A DNA stretch of 64,000 nucleotides from Deltaproteobacteria bacterium (lineage in GTDB: Bacteria > Desulfobacterota > Syntrophia > Syntrophales > JACQWR01), in contig JACQWR010000025.1 in the NCBI GenBank assembly GCA_016209105.1, positions 41,314 to 105,313 on the forward strand. Direction: 5' to 3'. Shown here piece after piece: positions 1-9,635 of the stretch (the stretch's first letter is position 1; each line of letters opens with the position of its first letter). The position numbers and the translations under genes were made by a program. The notes under the pieces are model-generated. The model saw only the letters and a program-made list of their open reading frames with translations, was not told the DNA's origin and did not search any database.

Positions 1-1067
1 ACAAGGTGATGCGTTTTCCCGACCGGGAGCGGCACCCGGTCGTTCTTGAATTCGAGGGGCTGGAAACGGAAGAGGTGTATGCCAAAGGACTGGGGAACAG
101 CCTGCCCCCGGAACTCCAGGAATCAATCGTTCACAGCGTGCCCGGCCTGGGACAGGCGGAGATCATGCGCGCGGCCTACGCCATAGAATATGATTTCGTC
201 CAGCCGACGCAACTGCGGCGGACCTTGGAGACAAAATCCGTCGCCGGCCTCTATCTTGCCGGCCAGATCAACGGCACATCGGGCTACGAAGAAGCGGCCG
301 CCCAGGGAATCCTGGCCGGCATCAATGCCGCTGCGGCCGTCCAGGGGAGGGAGCCGTTTCTCTTGGATCGCGCCGACGCTTACCTGGGCGTCATGGTTGA
401 TGACCTCGTAACCCGCGGCGTAGACGAGCCGTACCGCATGTTTACCTCCCGCGCCGAGTATCGCCTGATCTTGAGGGAGGACAATGCGGGGTTCCGCCTC
501 ATGGGAAAGGGCCATAAACTGGGGCTCGTTTCCCGCGAACAGTATGAGCGCATGGAGGAACAGGCGCGCCTGATCGGGGAGGGAATCAGGAAACTGTCTT
601 CCGTGAAGGTTTATCCTGTTCCGGAGGCGAACAGCAAACTCGCGGAAATGGGAACCGCTCCGATCAAGAATCCGGCGACTCTGTACCAGCTCTTGAAGCG
701 CAGCGGCATCAGGCATGATGATCTGAAGGTTTTCGCGGGCTGGGAGGCCGTCCCGGACCGCTCCGTCAGGAGACAGATCGAGATCGAGGCCAAGTACGAA
801 GGGTATATCCAGCGTCAGCGGGACGCCGTCCGCAAAATGAAGGAACTGGAGGGAAAGAAAATTCCCCCGGGGATGGATTATGCCGCCATCCCGAGCCTTT
901 CCAATGAACTGAAGACAAAGCTCATCCGTGTGGAGCCGGCCACCATCGGGCAGGCGGAACGGATACCGGGTATGACCCAGGCCGCAATTACGGCCCTCCT
1001 TATCATGATGAAGAAGATGGAAATGGAGGCGGCCGCCTGTAGGAGAAACGGCGTAACGGGCCCGTAG
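1..1067 (+). CDS. mnmG: tRNA uridine 5-carboxymethylaminomethyl modification enzyme MnmG/GidA, C-terminal part (5' end outside window)
   Basis: The ORF is open from the window edge to the stop at 1067. It contains the motifs AIEYDFV, GLYLAGQINGTSGYEEAAAQG and GQAERIPGMT typical of the MnmG C-terminal half. Confidence 0.9.
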   Translation, partial: KVMRFPDRERHPVVLEFEGLETEEVYAKGLGNSLPPELQESIVHSVPGLGQAEIMRAAYAIEYDFVQPTQLRRTLETKSVAGLYLAGQINGTSGYEEAAAQGILAGINAAAAVQGREPFLLDRADAYLGVMVDDLVTRGVDEPYRMFTSRAEYRLILREDNAGFRLMGKGHKLGLVSREQYERMEEQARLIGEGIRKLSSVKVYPVPEANSKLAEMGTAPIKNPATLYQLLKRSGIRHDDLKVFAGWEAVPDRSVRRQIEIEAKYEGYIQRQRDAVRKMKELEGKKIPPGMDYAAIPSLSNELKTKLIRVEPATIGQAERIPGMTQAAITALLIMMKKMEMEAAACRRNGVTGP

Positions 1068-1124
1068 CGGACCCGTTACGCCTCATCCAAAATCGTCAAG
1101 TTCTTTTTCCCGTATACACCCGGT

Positions 1125-2309
1125 TTATTTTTTGATGACGTATTCCGCCGCGGCTTCTACCCTCCGGTTCTTCTGACGTCCTTCCTTGGTCGCGTTGGAT
1201 GCAACGGGCTTTGTCAGGCCGTAGCCTTTTGCGCTCAGCCGCGATGCCTCGATACCGAACTTCTCCACGAGGTACTTTTTAACGGCGTTGGCCCGGCGCT
1301 CGGAAAGTTTCTGGTTATACGTTGCCCCACCGATATTGTCGGTATGCCCTTCAATCGTGATCTTGAGATCCTGGTATTTCTTCATCACCGCCGCGAGATT
1401 GCCGATCGTTTCGTCGTACTGCTTTTTGATGAGCGCCTTGTTAAAGTCGAATTCGACATTCAGCGTTACCCGGCCCTTTTCCAGGATTGCCGTCTCTACG
1501 GCGGCAGCCGCCGCCCGCGTCTCCATCGCCATCGCCAGGGGGCATCCGTCTGCGTCCACGGCCGTGCCCTTGGGGGTATCGGGGCACTTGTCCAAGTAAT
1601 TGAGAACGCCGTCACGGTCGGAATCGAGCGGGCAGCCGTCCTTATCAACTTTCACCCCCGCAGGTGTTCCGGGGCACTTATCCAGGGTGTCGGGAACGCC
1701 ATCACCGTCGGAATCCCGGACAACTTCGATCGGAGCGGCCGGCTCGGCGGCCCGCGAGGCGACAACTGATTTCTTTTCACCGCCGAAGGAGAACGTTAGA
1801 CCGACCGTGTAAAGCAGATTGTGGTACCGGTCGTTGAAGGGGAGGACGTGGCGAACATCCGCCCGAAGGGCCAGATTCTCCGTAAGGAAAAACTTGAGTC
1901 CGGCGCCGTAATCTACAGCGAGTTTATTTCGGTCCTCGACCCCGTCGGAACCGTCGTAACGCATCCCCCCGACACCCACGGCCAGAAAGGGTACGAGACG
2001 GCTTTCCGGCAGGAAGTGATAAAGGCCTTCGATCCCGTAACCGTAAACATCCACATCGGGCTTCCCGGCCAGGGATTCGTTTTCTGTCGGGATATAGTTG
2101 AGGAAGCCTTCAACCCCCCAGTTTTTCGTGAACTGGTAGCCTCCCCGAAGACCGTAAACCAGCGAATTTTTGAGATCCTCGTTGCCTTCGAAGGTGTATC
2201 CTCCGATGAAGGGGCTGAGCGAGTAGGCGCCCGCCTTTACTCCTGCATGACCCCCGGTGGCGGTGGCCAGTGTCAGGATTATGGCATAGACCCAAATGCA
2301 TCTTTTCAT
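1125..2309 (-). CDS. OmpA-family outer membrane protein (N-terminal beta-barrel, thrombospondin type-3 Asp-rich repeats, C-terminal OmpA domain)
   Basis: Signal peptide MKRCIWVYAIILTLATATGGHA. Repeated DSDGDGVPD/DKDGCP/DSDRDGV/DADGCP motifs. C-terminal IEGHTDNIGGATYNQKLSERRANAV peptidoglycan-binding motif. Confidence 0.9.
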   Translation of the reverse strand: MKRCIWVYAIILTLATATGGHAGVKAGAYSLSPFIGGYTFEGNEDLKNSLVYGLRGGYQFTKNWGVEGFLNYIPTENESLAGKPDVDVYGYGIEGLYHFLPESRLVPFLAVGVGGMRYDGSDGVEDRNKLAVDYGAGLKFFLTENLALRADVRHVLPFNDRYHNLLYTVGLTFSFGGEKKSVVASRAAEPAAPIEVVRDSDGDGVPDTLDKCPGTPAGVKVDKDGCPLDSDRDGVLNYLDKCPDTPKGTAVDADGCPLAMAMETRAAAAAVETAILEKGRVTLNVEFDFNKALIKKQYDETIGNLAAVMKKYQDLKITIEGHTDNIGGATYNQKLSERRANAVKKYLVEKFGIEASRLSAKGYGLTKPVASNATKEGRQKNRRVEAAAEYVIKK

Positions 2310-2533
2310 GGTTTCTCCCTCCTTCTTTCGCTTGTGGGTATAATGATCCGGTCTCTCCGTCTGGAGAGCGGCTTCCCTGTCTGACAGTTATCATACCTCC
2401 GATCACGAGCAAATGCTATGAATTTTCACTGATTCCGTGTATCTTAGGAGACACCGTTATTACGGTTGCTGCAAGGGCATTCTGTTAGGAGAGAAAGCGA
2501 TTTTTCTATTAACCCAAGAAGAGGAGGTGACAT

Positions 2534-2971
2534 ATGATCAAGGAATTCAAGGAATTCGTCATGAAAGGAAACGTGCTGGACATGGCGGTCGGTATCATCA
2601 TCGGCGCATCGTTCGGCAAAGTGGTTACCTCGTTTGTTAACGACGTGATGATGCCTCCCATCGGCCTCCTGCTCGGGAAGGTGGATTTCGGCAATCTCTT
2701 CATCAACCTGTCGGGCAAATCTTTTGAATCGCTGGCTGACGCTAAAAAAGTAGGCGCCGCAACACTCAACTACGGGCTTTTTCTCAACACGACGGTTGAC
2801 TTTTTGATTGTTGGATTTGCCATATTCCTTCTGGTCCGGCAGGTCAACCGCCTGAAACGGCAAGCCCCCCCCGCCGTCCCCGTGACTCGCGAGTGTCCTT
2901 TCTGTTTCACGGACATCCCCGTCAAGGCCACCCGTTGCCCGCACTGCACCTCTGCGCTTGCTCAGGTGTAA
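2534..2971 (+). CDS. mscL: Large-conductance mechanosensitive channel MscL with C-terminal CPFC...CPHC zinc-ribbon extension
   Basis: [31 protein letters not shown] is the canonical MscL N-terminus and TM1. RBS gaggagg lies upstream. The C-terminal tail is [21 protein letters not shown]. Confidence 0.9.
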   Translation: MIKEFKEFVMKGNVLDMAVGIIIGASFGKVVTSFVNDVMMPPIGLLLGKVDFGNLFINLSGKSFESLADAKKVGAATLNYGLFLNTTVDFLIVGFAIFLLVRQVNRLKRQAPPAVPVTRECPFCFTDIPVKATRCPHCTSALAQV

Positions 2972-3252
2972 ACCACAGGCGCAGCGGAAAAAAGAAGAAA
3001 GACCGGGGCTTGAAGGCACATATTGATATGAACGTGCTTTTGTGACGAGGATGTTTGCGATGGGGGCTCATGTGTCAATAATAATTATGATATGGATATT
3101 CTTAGGTATAGTGCCGTTAACCATTCGCTCGATTACCCAGAGCAAGCTGCGGGAAAGGAATCTGCAATTGCATTTGCGGGCGGAATAATGGTAGTTACAT
3201 TTTTGTTACGATTTTAGGATCGTCTGCGGACGGTTCTCCCGGAGACAGGAAC

Positions 3253-4803
3253 GTGAGTATCCACAGTTTCGAAGAACTGGCCGCACTGCATGCCATCGCC
3301 AAGATCCTGGCTCAGCCGCAGGAATTGCGGGATCAACTGGAGCTGGTCCTCAAGGAGATGAGTTCGCGGCTCGGCATGCAGCGCGGGATGATTTCCCTGC
3401 TGGATCGGGAGACGGGACAGGCCTGGCTTGATGTGGCCCATGACGTGAATATTGAGGGCATGGACGTGACCTATCAGCCTGGCGAGGGCATTACGGGAAA
3501 GGTGGCCCAGACGGGGCGTCCCATGGCCATCGCCAATTTGGACCTGGAAGCGCATTTCCTGGACCGAACCGGCGCCCGGCGCTTTCTGAACAGATCGGAA
3601 CTGGCCTTTCTCTGCGTGCCCATCATCTACGATGCCCGCGTGGTTGGGGTATTGTCGGCGGACAAGGTGGCCCACAAGGTGGATAACCTGGACCGCGAGA
3701 TGGCCATGCTTTCTTCCGTTGCGGAACTGATTGCCAAGGCTGTCCATTTCCGCGCTCTGGAGGAGGAAAACCGGCGCTTGCGTCAGATTATCGGCCGTTC
3801 TCAGACCCCTTCCGTTGATATCGTCGGCCGTTCCAAGGCCATGCAGGAGGTCTTCGGTCTGATTGCCCAGGTGGCCGATTCCGGCACCACCGTCCTGATT
3901 TATGGCGAGACGGGCACCGGGAAAGAGCTGGTAGCGCGGTCAATACACCTGAACAGCCCACGCAAGGCGGGCCCGCTTGTCCAGGTGAATTGCGCCGCCA
4001 TGCCGGATACCCTTATTGAGAGCGAGCTCTTCGGCCATGAAAAAGGCGCATTTACCGGCGCAACGCATCGGCAGCGCGGACGTTTCGAAGAGGCCCACGG
4101 AGGCACCATTTTTCTCGACGAGGTGGACGAGCTGTCTGCGGCGGCACAGGCGAAACTCCTGCGTGTCCTGCAGGAAAAGCAGTTTCAACTCCTGGGCTCG
4201 TCGAAAATTGTGACCGTGAACGTCCGCATCATCGCCGCCACCAACCGCACACTGGAACAGGACGTAGCATCGGGGCGATTCCGCGCGGACCTGTATTACC
4301 GCCTCAACGTCTTTCCCATTTTTCTGCCTCCTCTCCGGGAACGGGGAAACGACATTATCCTCCTTGCCGATTATTTCATTTTAAAGTACAGCACGATCGT
4401 GGAAAAACCGGTAAAGCGGATTACCACGGCGGCCATGGATGCCCTCCTTTCCTATCATTGGCCGGGAAACGTGCGGGAGTTGGAAAATTGCATCGAGCGC
4501 GCGGTCCTTCTGGCGGCAGGCGATTCCATTGACAGCATTCACCTGCCCCCGTCCCTGCAGATGAAGACGAAGGAAGGAGGAAAGAAAGAACAGAGCAAGT
4601 TAAATACCGTTATTGAGGCACAGGAGCGGGCGCTGATCACCGATGCCCTGAAGGAGGCGCAAGGCAACCAGACCCGTGCGGCCAAAATGCTAGGTACCAC
4701 AAAACGTATTATCCAGTATAAAATCCGCAAGCTGGCGATTAACCCGGTGCGGTTTCGCCCGAAACAGGGAGGGATGCCGCCGAGCCCGCCGAAAAACACA
4801 TAA
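3253..4803 (+). CDS. Sigma-54-dependent transcriptional activator, NifA-like (GAF - AAA+ - Fis-type HTH, no receiver domain)
   Basis: GTG start. N-terminal GAF-like region, Walker A GETGTGKE, the GAFTGA motif ([15 protein letters not shown]), [10 protein letters not shown], and C-terminal [21 protein letters not shown]. Confidence 0.85.
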   Translation: MSIHSFEELAALHAIAKILAQPQELRDQLELVLKEMSSRLGMQRGMISLLDRETGQAWLDVAHDVNIEGMDVTYQPGEGITGKVAQTGRPMAIANLDLEAHFLDRTGARRFLNRSELAFLCVPIIYDARVVGVLSADKVAHKVDNLDREMAMLSSVAELIAKAVHFRALEEENRRLRQIIGRSQTPSVDIVGRSKAMQEVFGLIAQVADSGTTVLIYGETGTGKELVARSIHLNSPRKAGPLVQVNCAAMPDTLIESELFGHEKGAFTGATHRQRGRFEEAHGGTIFLDEVDELSAAAQAKLLRVLQEKQFQLLGSSKIVTVNVRIIAATNRTLEQDVASGRFRADLYYRLNVFPIFLPPLRERGNDIILLADYFILKYSTIVEKPVKRITTAAMDALLSYHWPGNVRELENCIERAVLLAAGDSIDSIHLPPSLQMKTKEGGKKEQSKLNTVIEAQERALITDALKEAQGNQTRAAKMLGTTKRIIQYKIRKLAINPVRFRPKQGGMPPSPPKNT

Positions 4804-4859
4804 GCAGCAGAGAAGTTTAAAAGAGGGGCCGCTAAACACAGGGGGAAAGGATACGTTTT

Positions 4860-4875
4860 TGTTCCTTATGGAACA
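4860..4875 (+). promoter_or_regulatory. Candidate enhancer (UAS), perfect TGT-N10-ACA palindrome TGTTCCttatGGAACA
   Basis: The sequence tgttccttatggaaca fits the NifA-type TGT-N10-ACA consensus. It lies about 200 bp upstream of the sigma-54 promoter at 5073. The adjacent direct repeat atacgtttttgttc occurs twice (4851-4864, 4881-4894). Confidence 0.5.
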
Positions 4876-5072
4876 GAAAAATACGTTTTTGTTCTTTTTT
4901 CTTCGTAAGCAGTCCGACCTGACTTGTTTGAGTCACCGTTCCTGATGCAATTTGTCTCTTTCACAGAGATATCACGGATGGCCATTACCTGTAATGATTA
5001 TAGGATGATAGAATAACTTTATCCCGGGCGAAACAACCGGTTCACTGATTGAGGAGGAGGAGAAACCGGCGC

Positions 5073-5088
5073 TGGCATAATTCTGGCT
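5073..5088 (+). promoter_or_regulatory. Sigma-54 (-24/-12) promoter TGGCATaattcTGGCT
   Basis: GG and GC are spaced as in TGGCAC-N5-TTGC, with one mismatch in the -12 box. It lies about 70 bp upstream of the ATG at 5157 and downstream of a NifA-like activator gene. Confidence 0.55.
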
Positions 5089-5156
5089 ATTCTAAAGGTC
5101 ATAGCTTGAAATCGTTAATATCTTTTCAGGCATGATTCAGGAAAGGAGACAGAATT

Positions 5157-6407
5157 ATGTGCCGCTTGTTTGCCGTTACCAGTAATGAGGCCCTTTCTCC
5201 CATGGTGGCCATAAGCGCCCTCGATGTCATGAAGGAAGGTCATGACGGGTCCGGCGTGGGACTATTCCTGACCGATCTGGGTGGTGATTTTGAGCGCTTC
5301 AAAGGCAAGCCCATCCTGTCCGGCATCTTTTCCCACGAGGGACTCAAGACGCTGGACCGGTATATGATGGGTCTTGATTTCATGGTGAAGTACGAGCTTC
5401 TGATCCGTCCCACCCATGAACCTCCCGCGGGAACGCCTGAGCGCGATAACTACGTGATACGCGTTTACGATTATCCGCCCCGTTGGGAGGAACTAAGCGC
5501 CGACGAGCGCGAATACCGTCTGATGATGTGCCAGCTTACGTTGAGAACGATGGGAGAGGCGGACAGTTCAACAAAGGTGTTCAGCTTCTGGCCGGACGTG
5601 ATCATGATCAAGGAAGTGGGTGATCCTATGGCCATTGCGGAGTATCTGGGGCTTGAGCGTTCCGATCTCCGGGCGCGCACCATGCTTTCCCAGGGACGGC
5701 AGAACACCAACTATGCCATAGACATCTATGCGTGCCATCCCTTCTTTATCCAGGGGATTGCCACGATGACGAACGGGGAAAACACGGCTTTTGTGCCCAT
5801 CCGCGAGTTTCTCACGTCGCGCAAGAACCCCGGCTATACGGGTTACCAGTCCGACTCGGAGGTGTTTACCCATATCCTCCACTATACATGCCGCACCTTG
5901 GGCCTGGGGCTGGAAATGTACAAACATATCATCACACCGCTCACGGATGATGAGCTGGAACGTCATCCCGACGGCAGGCAACTGCGGCTCATCAAGCAGA
6001 GCTGCCGGCCGCTGATTATAGACGGTCCCAACTGCGTAATCGGGTGTCTTCCCGACAAAACGCTCTTTATGGTGCAGGACAGCAAGAAGCTGCGCCCCGG
6101 CGTGGCGGGCGGTACGGCCGGTATTTTTGCCTTCTCTTCGGAGATGTGCGGCCTGGACGCGGCCATTCCCGGACGGGACAAAAGCCGGGACTTCCAGCCG
6201 ATGAAATACGACACCGTTTTTGTGGGACCGGAGCGTCAGGAGATAGAAAAATGGAATCAATGGGAAAACTTGCCCCATCTACATTATCCACCAAAGATCT
6301 GCCCTGGCAGCTTCTCTGGAGCAAGGAAAAGTGCACCCTCTGCGGTCGCTGTACGGCGGTCTGTCCCGTGCAGGCCATTGAACTCGGTGTGCACCGGAAG
6401 CGCGTAG
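5157..6407 (+). CDS. Glutamate synthase, glutamine amidotransferase (class II, Ntn) domain protein (archaeal-type split GOGAT, GltB1-like)
   Basis: N-terminal MCRLFAV (Cys2 nucleophile). The last ~52 codons run out of frame over the start of the next gene, and there is no earlier stop. Confidence 0.75.
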   Translation: MCRLFAVTSNEALSPMVAISALDVMKEGHDGSGVGLFLTDLGGDFERFKGKPILSGIFSHEGLKTLDRYMMGLDFMVKYELLIRPTHEPPAGTPERDNYVIRVYDYPPRWEELSADEREYRLMMCQLTLRTMGEADSSTKVFSFWPDVIMIKEVGDPMAIAEYLGLERSDLRARTMLSQGRQNTNYAIDIYACHPFFIQGIATMTNGENTAFVPIREFLTSRKNPGYTGYQSDSEVFTHILHYTCRTLGLGLEMYKHIITPLTDDELERHPDGRQLRLIKQSCRPLIIDGPNCVIGCLPDKTLFMVQDSKKLRPGVAGGTAGIFAFSSEMCGLDAAIPGRDKSRDFQPMKYDTVFVGPERQEIEKWNQWENLPHLHYPPKICPGSFSGARKSAPSAVAVRRSVPCRPLNSVCTGSA

Positions 6408-7885
6408 TCCAGGTCGGCATGGGACTTACGGAAAAACCGGGCAACGTCTTCGGCGTCTATCACGGCATTCGCCAGCGCACCGAGCCGGCCTACGCCTGCA
6501 TCGGCTGCGGGATGTGCGACCTCGTCTGTCCCAATCACGCCATCATGCCCGCCCACAATGACGAACGGGACAAGCTGCGGATGCATATCAACTTGGGCGG
6601 TGAACCGCGGCGCCGTGGGGGACGACGCAACGACCCGCGGAGTTTACTGGACGAGATCAAGTTCGTGCGCATTTCCATGCTTACCGATCCGGCGCTCGAC
6701 GCGGGCCGCCACGAATTTGAGCTGAGGACCCTGCTGGGACGGATCCTGCCGCCCGAGGCGATCGTGAAGGTTGCCCGGGAAAACGGCTGGATCCCGCCGG
6801 TGCGTGAAATCTATCCGCTCATTGTGGGCAGCATGTCCTTTGGCGCCCTTTCCCCCAACATGTGGGAGGGTTTGCAGATGGGCGTGGCTTACCTGAACGA
6901 GGAAAAGGGGATGCCGGTGCGCATCTGTACCGGAGAGGGGGGATGCCCGCCGAGGCTTTTGCGTTCCCGTTTTCTGAAGTATGTGATACTGCAGATTGCC
7001 AGCGGCTATTTCGGCTGGGACGAGATCATTCACGCCCTTCCCGACATGAAGGAAGACCCCTGCGCCATCGAGATAAAATACGGCCAGGGGGCGAAGCCGG
7101 GGGACGGCGGCCTGCTCATGTGGTACAAGGTGAACAAACTGATTGCGGCGATCCGGGGCGTACCGCCCGGGGTCAGTTTGCCCAGCCCGCCCACCCACCA
7201 GACCAAGTATTCCATCGAGGAAGCAATCGCCAAGATGATCCAGTCCATGTCCATGGCATGGGGGTTCCGCGTGCCGGTATATCCTAAAATATCGGCGACG
7301 AGCACCGCCTTAGCCGTGTTGAATAACCTGGCACGCAATCCCTATGCCGCGGCGCTGGCCATGGATGGAGAGGACGGGGGGACGGGCGCCGCCTACAATG
7401 TCTCTATGAACCACATGGGGTATCCTATTGCCAGCAATATCCGCGACGCCTATCTCAATCTGGTCAAGGTGGGGAAGCAGAACGAGATACCGCTGTTTGC
7501 GGGCGGCGGCATTGGCAAGAACGGCAACCTGGCGGCAAATGGAGCGGCGTTGATCATGCTGGGAGCGAGCGGCATTCAGGTCGGGAAATATCTGATGCAG
7601 GCCGCGGCCGGATGTCTCGGCTCCGAGACGGACCGCTGCAATATCTGCAATATCGGGCTTTGCCCCAAAGGGATTACCTCTCAGGATCCGCGCCTGTACC
7701 GCCGCCTGGATCCGGAAAAGGTGGCGGAGCGCCTGGTGGATGTCTATATGAGTTTCGACACCGAACTGAAAAAGATCGTCGCCCCCCTGGGGCGCTCCAC
7801 GTCGCTGCCCATCGGCATGTCCGACGCCCTCGGCATTGCCGACCGCAACGCGGCCGAGCGGCTGAAGATACAGTATGCAGTCTAA
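6251..7885 (+). CDS. Glutamate synthase FMN-binding domain protein with N-terminal 2x[4Fe-4S] ferredoxin domain (GltB2-like)
   Basis: ATG at 6251 preceded by GGAG. CTLCGRCTAVCP and CIGCGMCDLVCP cluster motifs. GltS FMN-domain motifs SMSFGALS, IEIKYGQGAKPGDGG and DGEDGGTGAA. Confidence 0.85.
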   Translation: MESMGKLAPSTLSTKDLPWQLLWSKEKCTLCGRCTAVCPVQAIELGVHRKRVVQVGMGLTEKPGNVFGVYHGIRQRTEPAYACIGCGMCDLVCPNHAIMPAHNDERDKLRMHINLGGEPRRRGGRRNDPRSLLDEIKFVRISMLTDPALDAGRHEFELRTLLGRILPPEAIVKVARENGWIPPVREIYPLIVGSMSFGALSPNMWEGLQMGVAYLNEEKGMPVRICTGEGGCPPRLLRSRFLKYVILQIASGYFGWDEIIHALPDMKEDPCAIEIKYGQGAKPGDGGLLMWYKVNKLIAAIRGVPPGVSLPSPPTHQTKYSIEEAIAKMIQSMSMAWGFRVPVYPKISATSTALAVLNNLARNPYAAALAMDGEDGGTGAAYNVSMNHMGYPIASNIRDAYLNLVKVGKQNEIPLFAGGGIGKNGNLAANGAALIMLGASGIQVGKYLMQAAAGCLGSETDRCNICNIGLCPKGITSQDPRLYRRLDPEKVAERLVDVYMSFDTELKKIVAPLGRSTSLPIGMSDALGIADRNAAERLKIQYAV

Positions 7886-7949
7886 CAAAGGCATCCCGTG
7901 GAACGTTTGCCGGGAATCAGGGATGGACACCAACAAGAGGTGAGGAATC

Positions 7950-9176
7950 ATGGGTAATCCGGTCAATACGGGTGATACGGCTTGGATACTGGTCTGCTGT
8001 TCTTTGGTATTGCTGATGACGCCGGCGCTCGGACTCTTCTATGGGGGCATGGTCCGCCGGAAGAATGTTCTTTCCACGCTGACCATGAGCTACACGTTCA
8101 TGGCCCTGATCGGGGTGCAGTGGGTGCTCTACGGATATTCCCTGGCCTTCGGCAAGGATATCCAGGGGATCATCGGCGGCCTGAACTTTGTGGGATTCAA
8201 CGACGTCGGTGCCGTCCCGAACGGCGACTACGCCAAGACAATCCCCCACGGGCTCTTTGCGGCTTTTCAGATGATGTTTGCGGTCATCACGCCGGCCCTG
8301 ATTACCGGCGCCTTCGTGGAGCGTGTGAAATTCAAGAGTTTCCTCCTGTTCAGTCTGCTCTGGGCCACGTTGGTCTACGATCCCCTGTGCCACTGGGTTT
8401 GGGGAGCAGGGGGGTGGCTGAAAAATCTCGGCACACTCGATTTTGCCGGCGGGACGGTGGTGCACATCGCGGCCGGTTTTTCCGCTCTTGCCTTTGCCTT
8501 GGTCATCGGGCCGCGCAAGGGCTTCGGCAAGTCTCCCCTGGAACCCCATAGCATCCCCCTGACGGTTCTGGGCGCCGGGTTATTGTGGGTTGGTTGGTTC
8601 GGATTTAATGCCGGCAGTGCGCTGGCGGCAAACGGTGTCGCCGTAAATGCACTCCTGACCACCAACACCTCGGCGGCGACGGCGGGACTGGTCTGGATGC
8701 TGCTGTCATGGCTGGATGGCCGGCCGAGCACGTTGGGAATCGCGACCGGCATGGTCGTGGGGCTTGCGGCGGTGACACCGGCGTCGGGCTACGTCACACC
8801 CCTGGCGTCCATGGTTATCGGAGCCGTGGCTGCTCCTCTTTCCTATTATGCCATGCGCTTTCGTGATCGTCGCGGGCTGGATGAATCCCTGGATGTGTGG
8901 GCCTGCCATGGCGTGGCCAGCTGCTGGGGTATGCTCGCGACCGGTCTGTTTGCCACCGTGGCCGTGAACAGCGACGGCGGCAATGGCCTCTTTTTCGGAA
9001 ATCCCGCACAGCTCAGCATTCAGCTTCTGGCCATACTGGTCACCGTGGTGTTCAGTTTCGGGGTTACCTATGTACTGGCCAAATTGCTTCATGAGAGCAT
9101 CGGACTCAGGGTAAGCGCCATGGAGGAAGAAGTAGGCCTGGATATCAGCTCCCACGGGGAGCGGTCATACTCGTAA
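7950..9176 (+). CDS. amt: Ammonium transporter (Amt family), copy 1
   Basis: NTGDTAWILV, LGLFYGGMVRRKN, DFAGGTVVHI and WFGFNAGSA signatures. 408 aa. Confidence 0.92.
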   Translation: MGNPVNTGDTAWILVCCSLVLLMTPALGLFYGGMVRRKNVLSTLTMSYTFMALIGVQWVLYGYSLAFGKDIQGIIGGLNFVGFNDVGAVPNGDYAKTIPHGLFAAFQMMFAVITPALITGAFVERVKFKSFLLFSLLWATLVYDPLCHWVWGAGGWLKNLGTLDFAGGTVVHIAAGFSALAFALVIGPRKGFGKSPLEPHSIPLTVLGAGLLWVGWFGFNAGSALAANGVAVNALLTTNTSAATAGLVWMLLSWLDGRPSTLGIATGMVVGLAAVTPASGYVTPLASMVIGAVAAPLSYYAMRFRDRRGLDESLDVWACHGVASCWGMLATGLFATVAVNSDGGNGLFFGNPAQLSIQLLAILVTVVFSFGVTYVLAKLLHESIGLRVSAMEEEVGLDISSHGERSYS

Positions 9177-9237
9177 ACATGCTTTTGCCGCTGACAGCCA
9201 GCCGGAAGAGCGGGATCCCGGCGAGGGGAGAAGGTGC

Positions 9238-9627
9238 ATGCTGAAAAAAATCGAAGCCATTATCCGTGAAGATAAGGTCAACGATGTAAAAGAGGCCTTG
9301 AGTGAAATCGGCATCGTGGGGATGAACATGTTTGAGATCCGGGGGCATGGTCGCCAGGGCGGTATCCGGCTTGCGGGCCGTTCGGGGACCTACCAGGTCG
9401 ACATGTTGCCGAAGATACAGATCAACATCGTTTTGAGCGAGCGCAATCTGGAGGAGACAATCGCCGCCATCCTGAAATCAGCCTACACGGGTGAACCGGG
9501 AGACGGATTGATCTTCGTCTACCCGGTGGAGGAAGTGATTCGTGTCCGTACGCGGGAACGCAGCCAGGATGCCGTCATGTATCCCGGTGACATTGATGAA
9601 CGAAAAGGCAGGGTTAAAGGAAAGTAA
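9238..9627 (+). CDS. PII-family nitrogen signalling protein, divergent (extended T-loop, C-terminal extension)
   Basis: MLKKIEAIIREDKVNDVKEAL and GDGLIFVYPVEEVIRVRT show the PII fold. The T-loop RGHGRQGGIRLAGRSGTYQVDMLPK is longer than the canonical GlnB/K loop. A 17-aa tail follows. Confidence 0.8.
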   Translation: MLKKIEAIIREDKVNDVKEALSEIGIVGMNMFEIRGHGRQGGIRLAGRSGTYQVDMLPKIQINIVLSERNLEETIAAILKSAYTGEPGDGLIFVYPVEEVIRVRTRERSQDAVMYPGDIDERKGRVKGK

Positions 9628-9635
9628 GGGGTCGC

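Noticed and set aside
6044-6250. The upstream extension of the Fd-FMN GOGAT ORF to the first Met at 6044.
   Set aside because: The extension (MSSRQNALYGAGQQEAAPRRGG...) is Arg/Gly-rich nonsense overlapping the conserved GATase frame. ATG 6251 has a GGAG RBS and immediately precedes the ferredoxin motifs.
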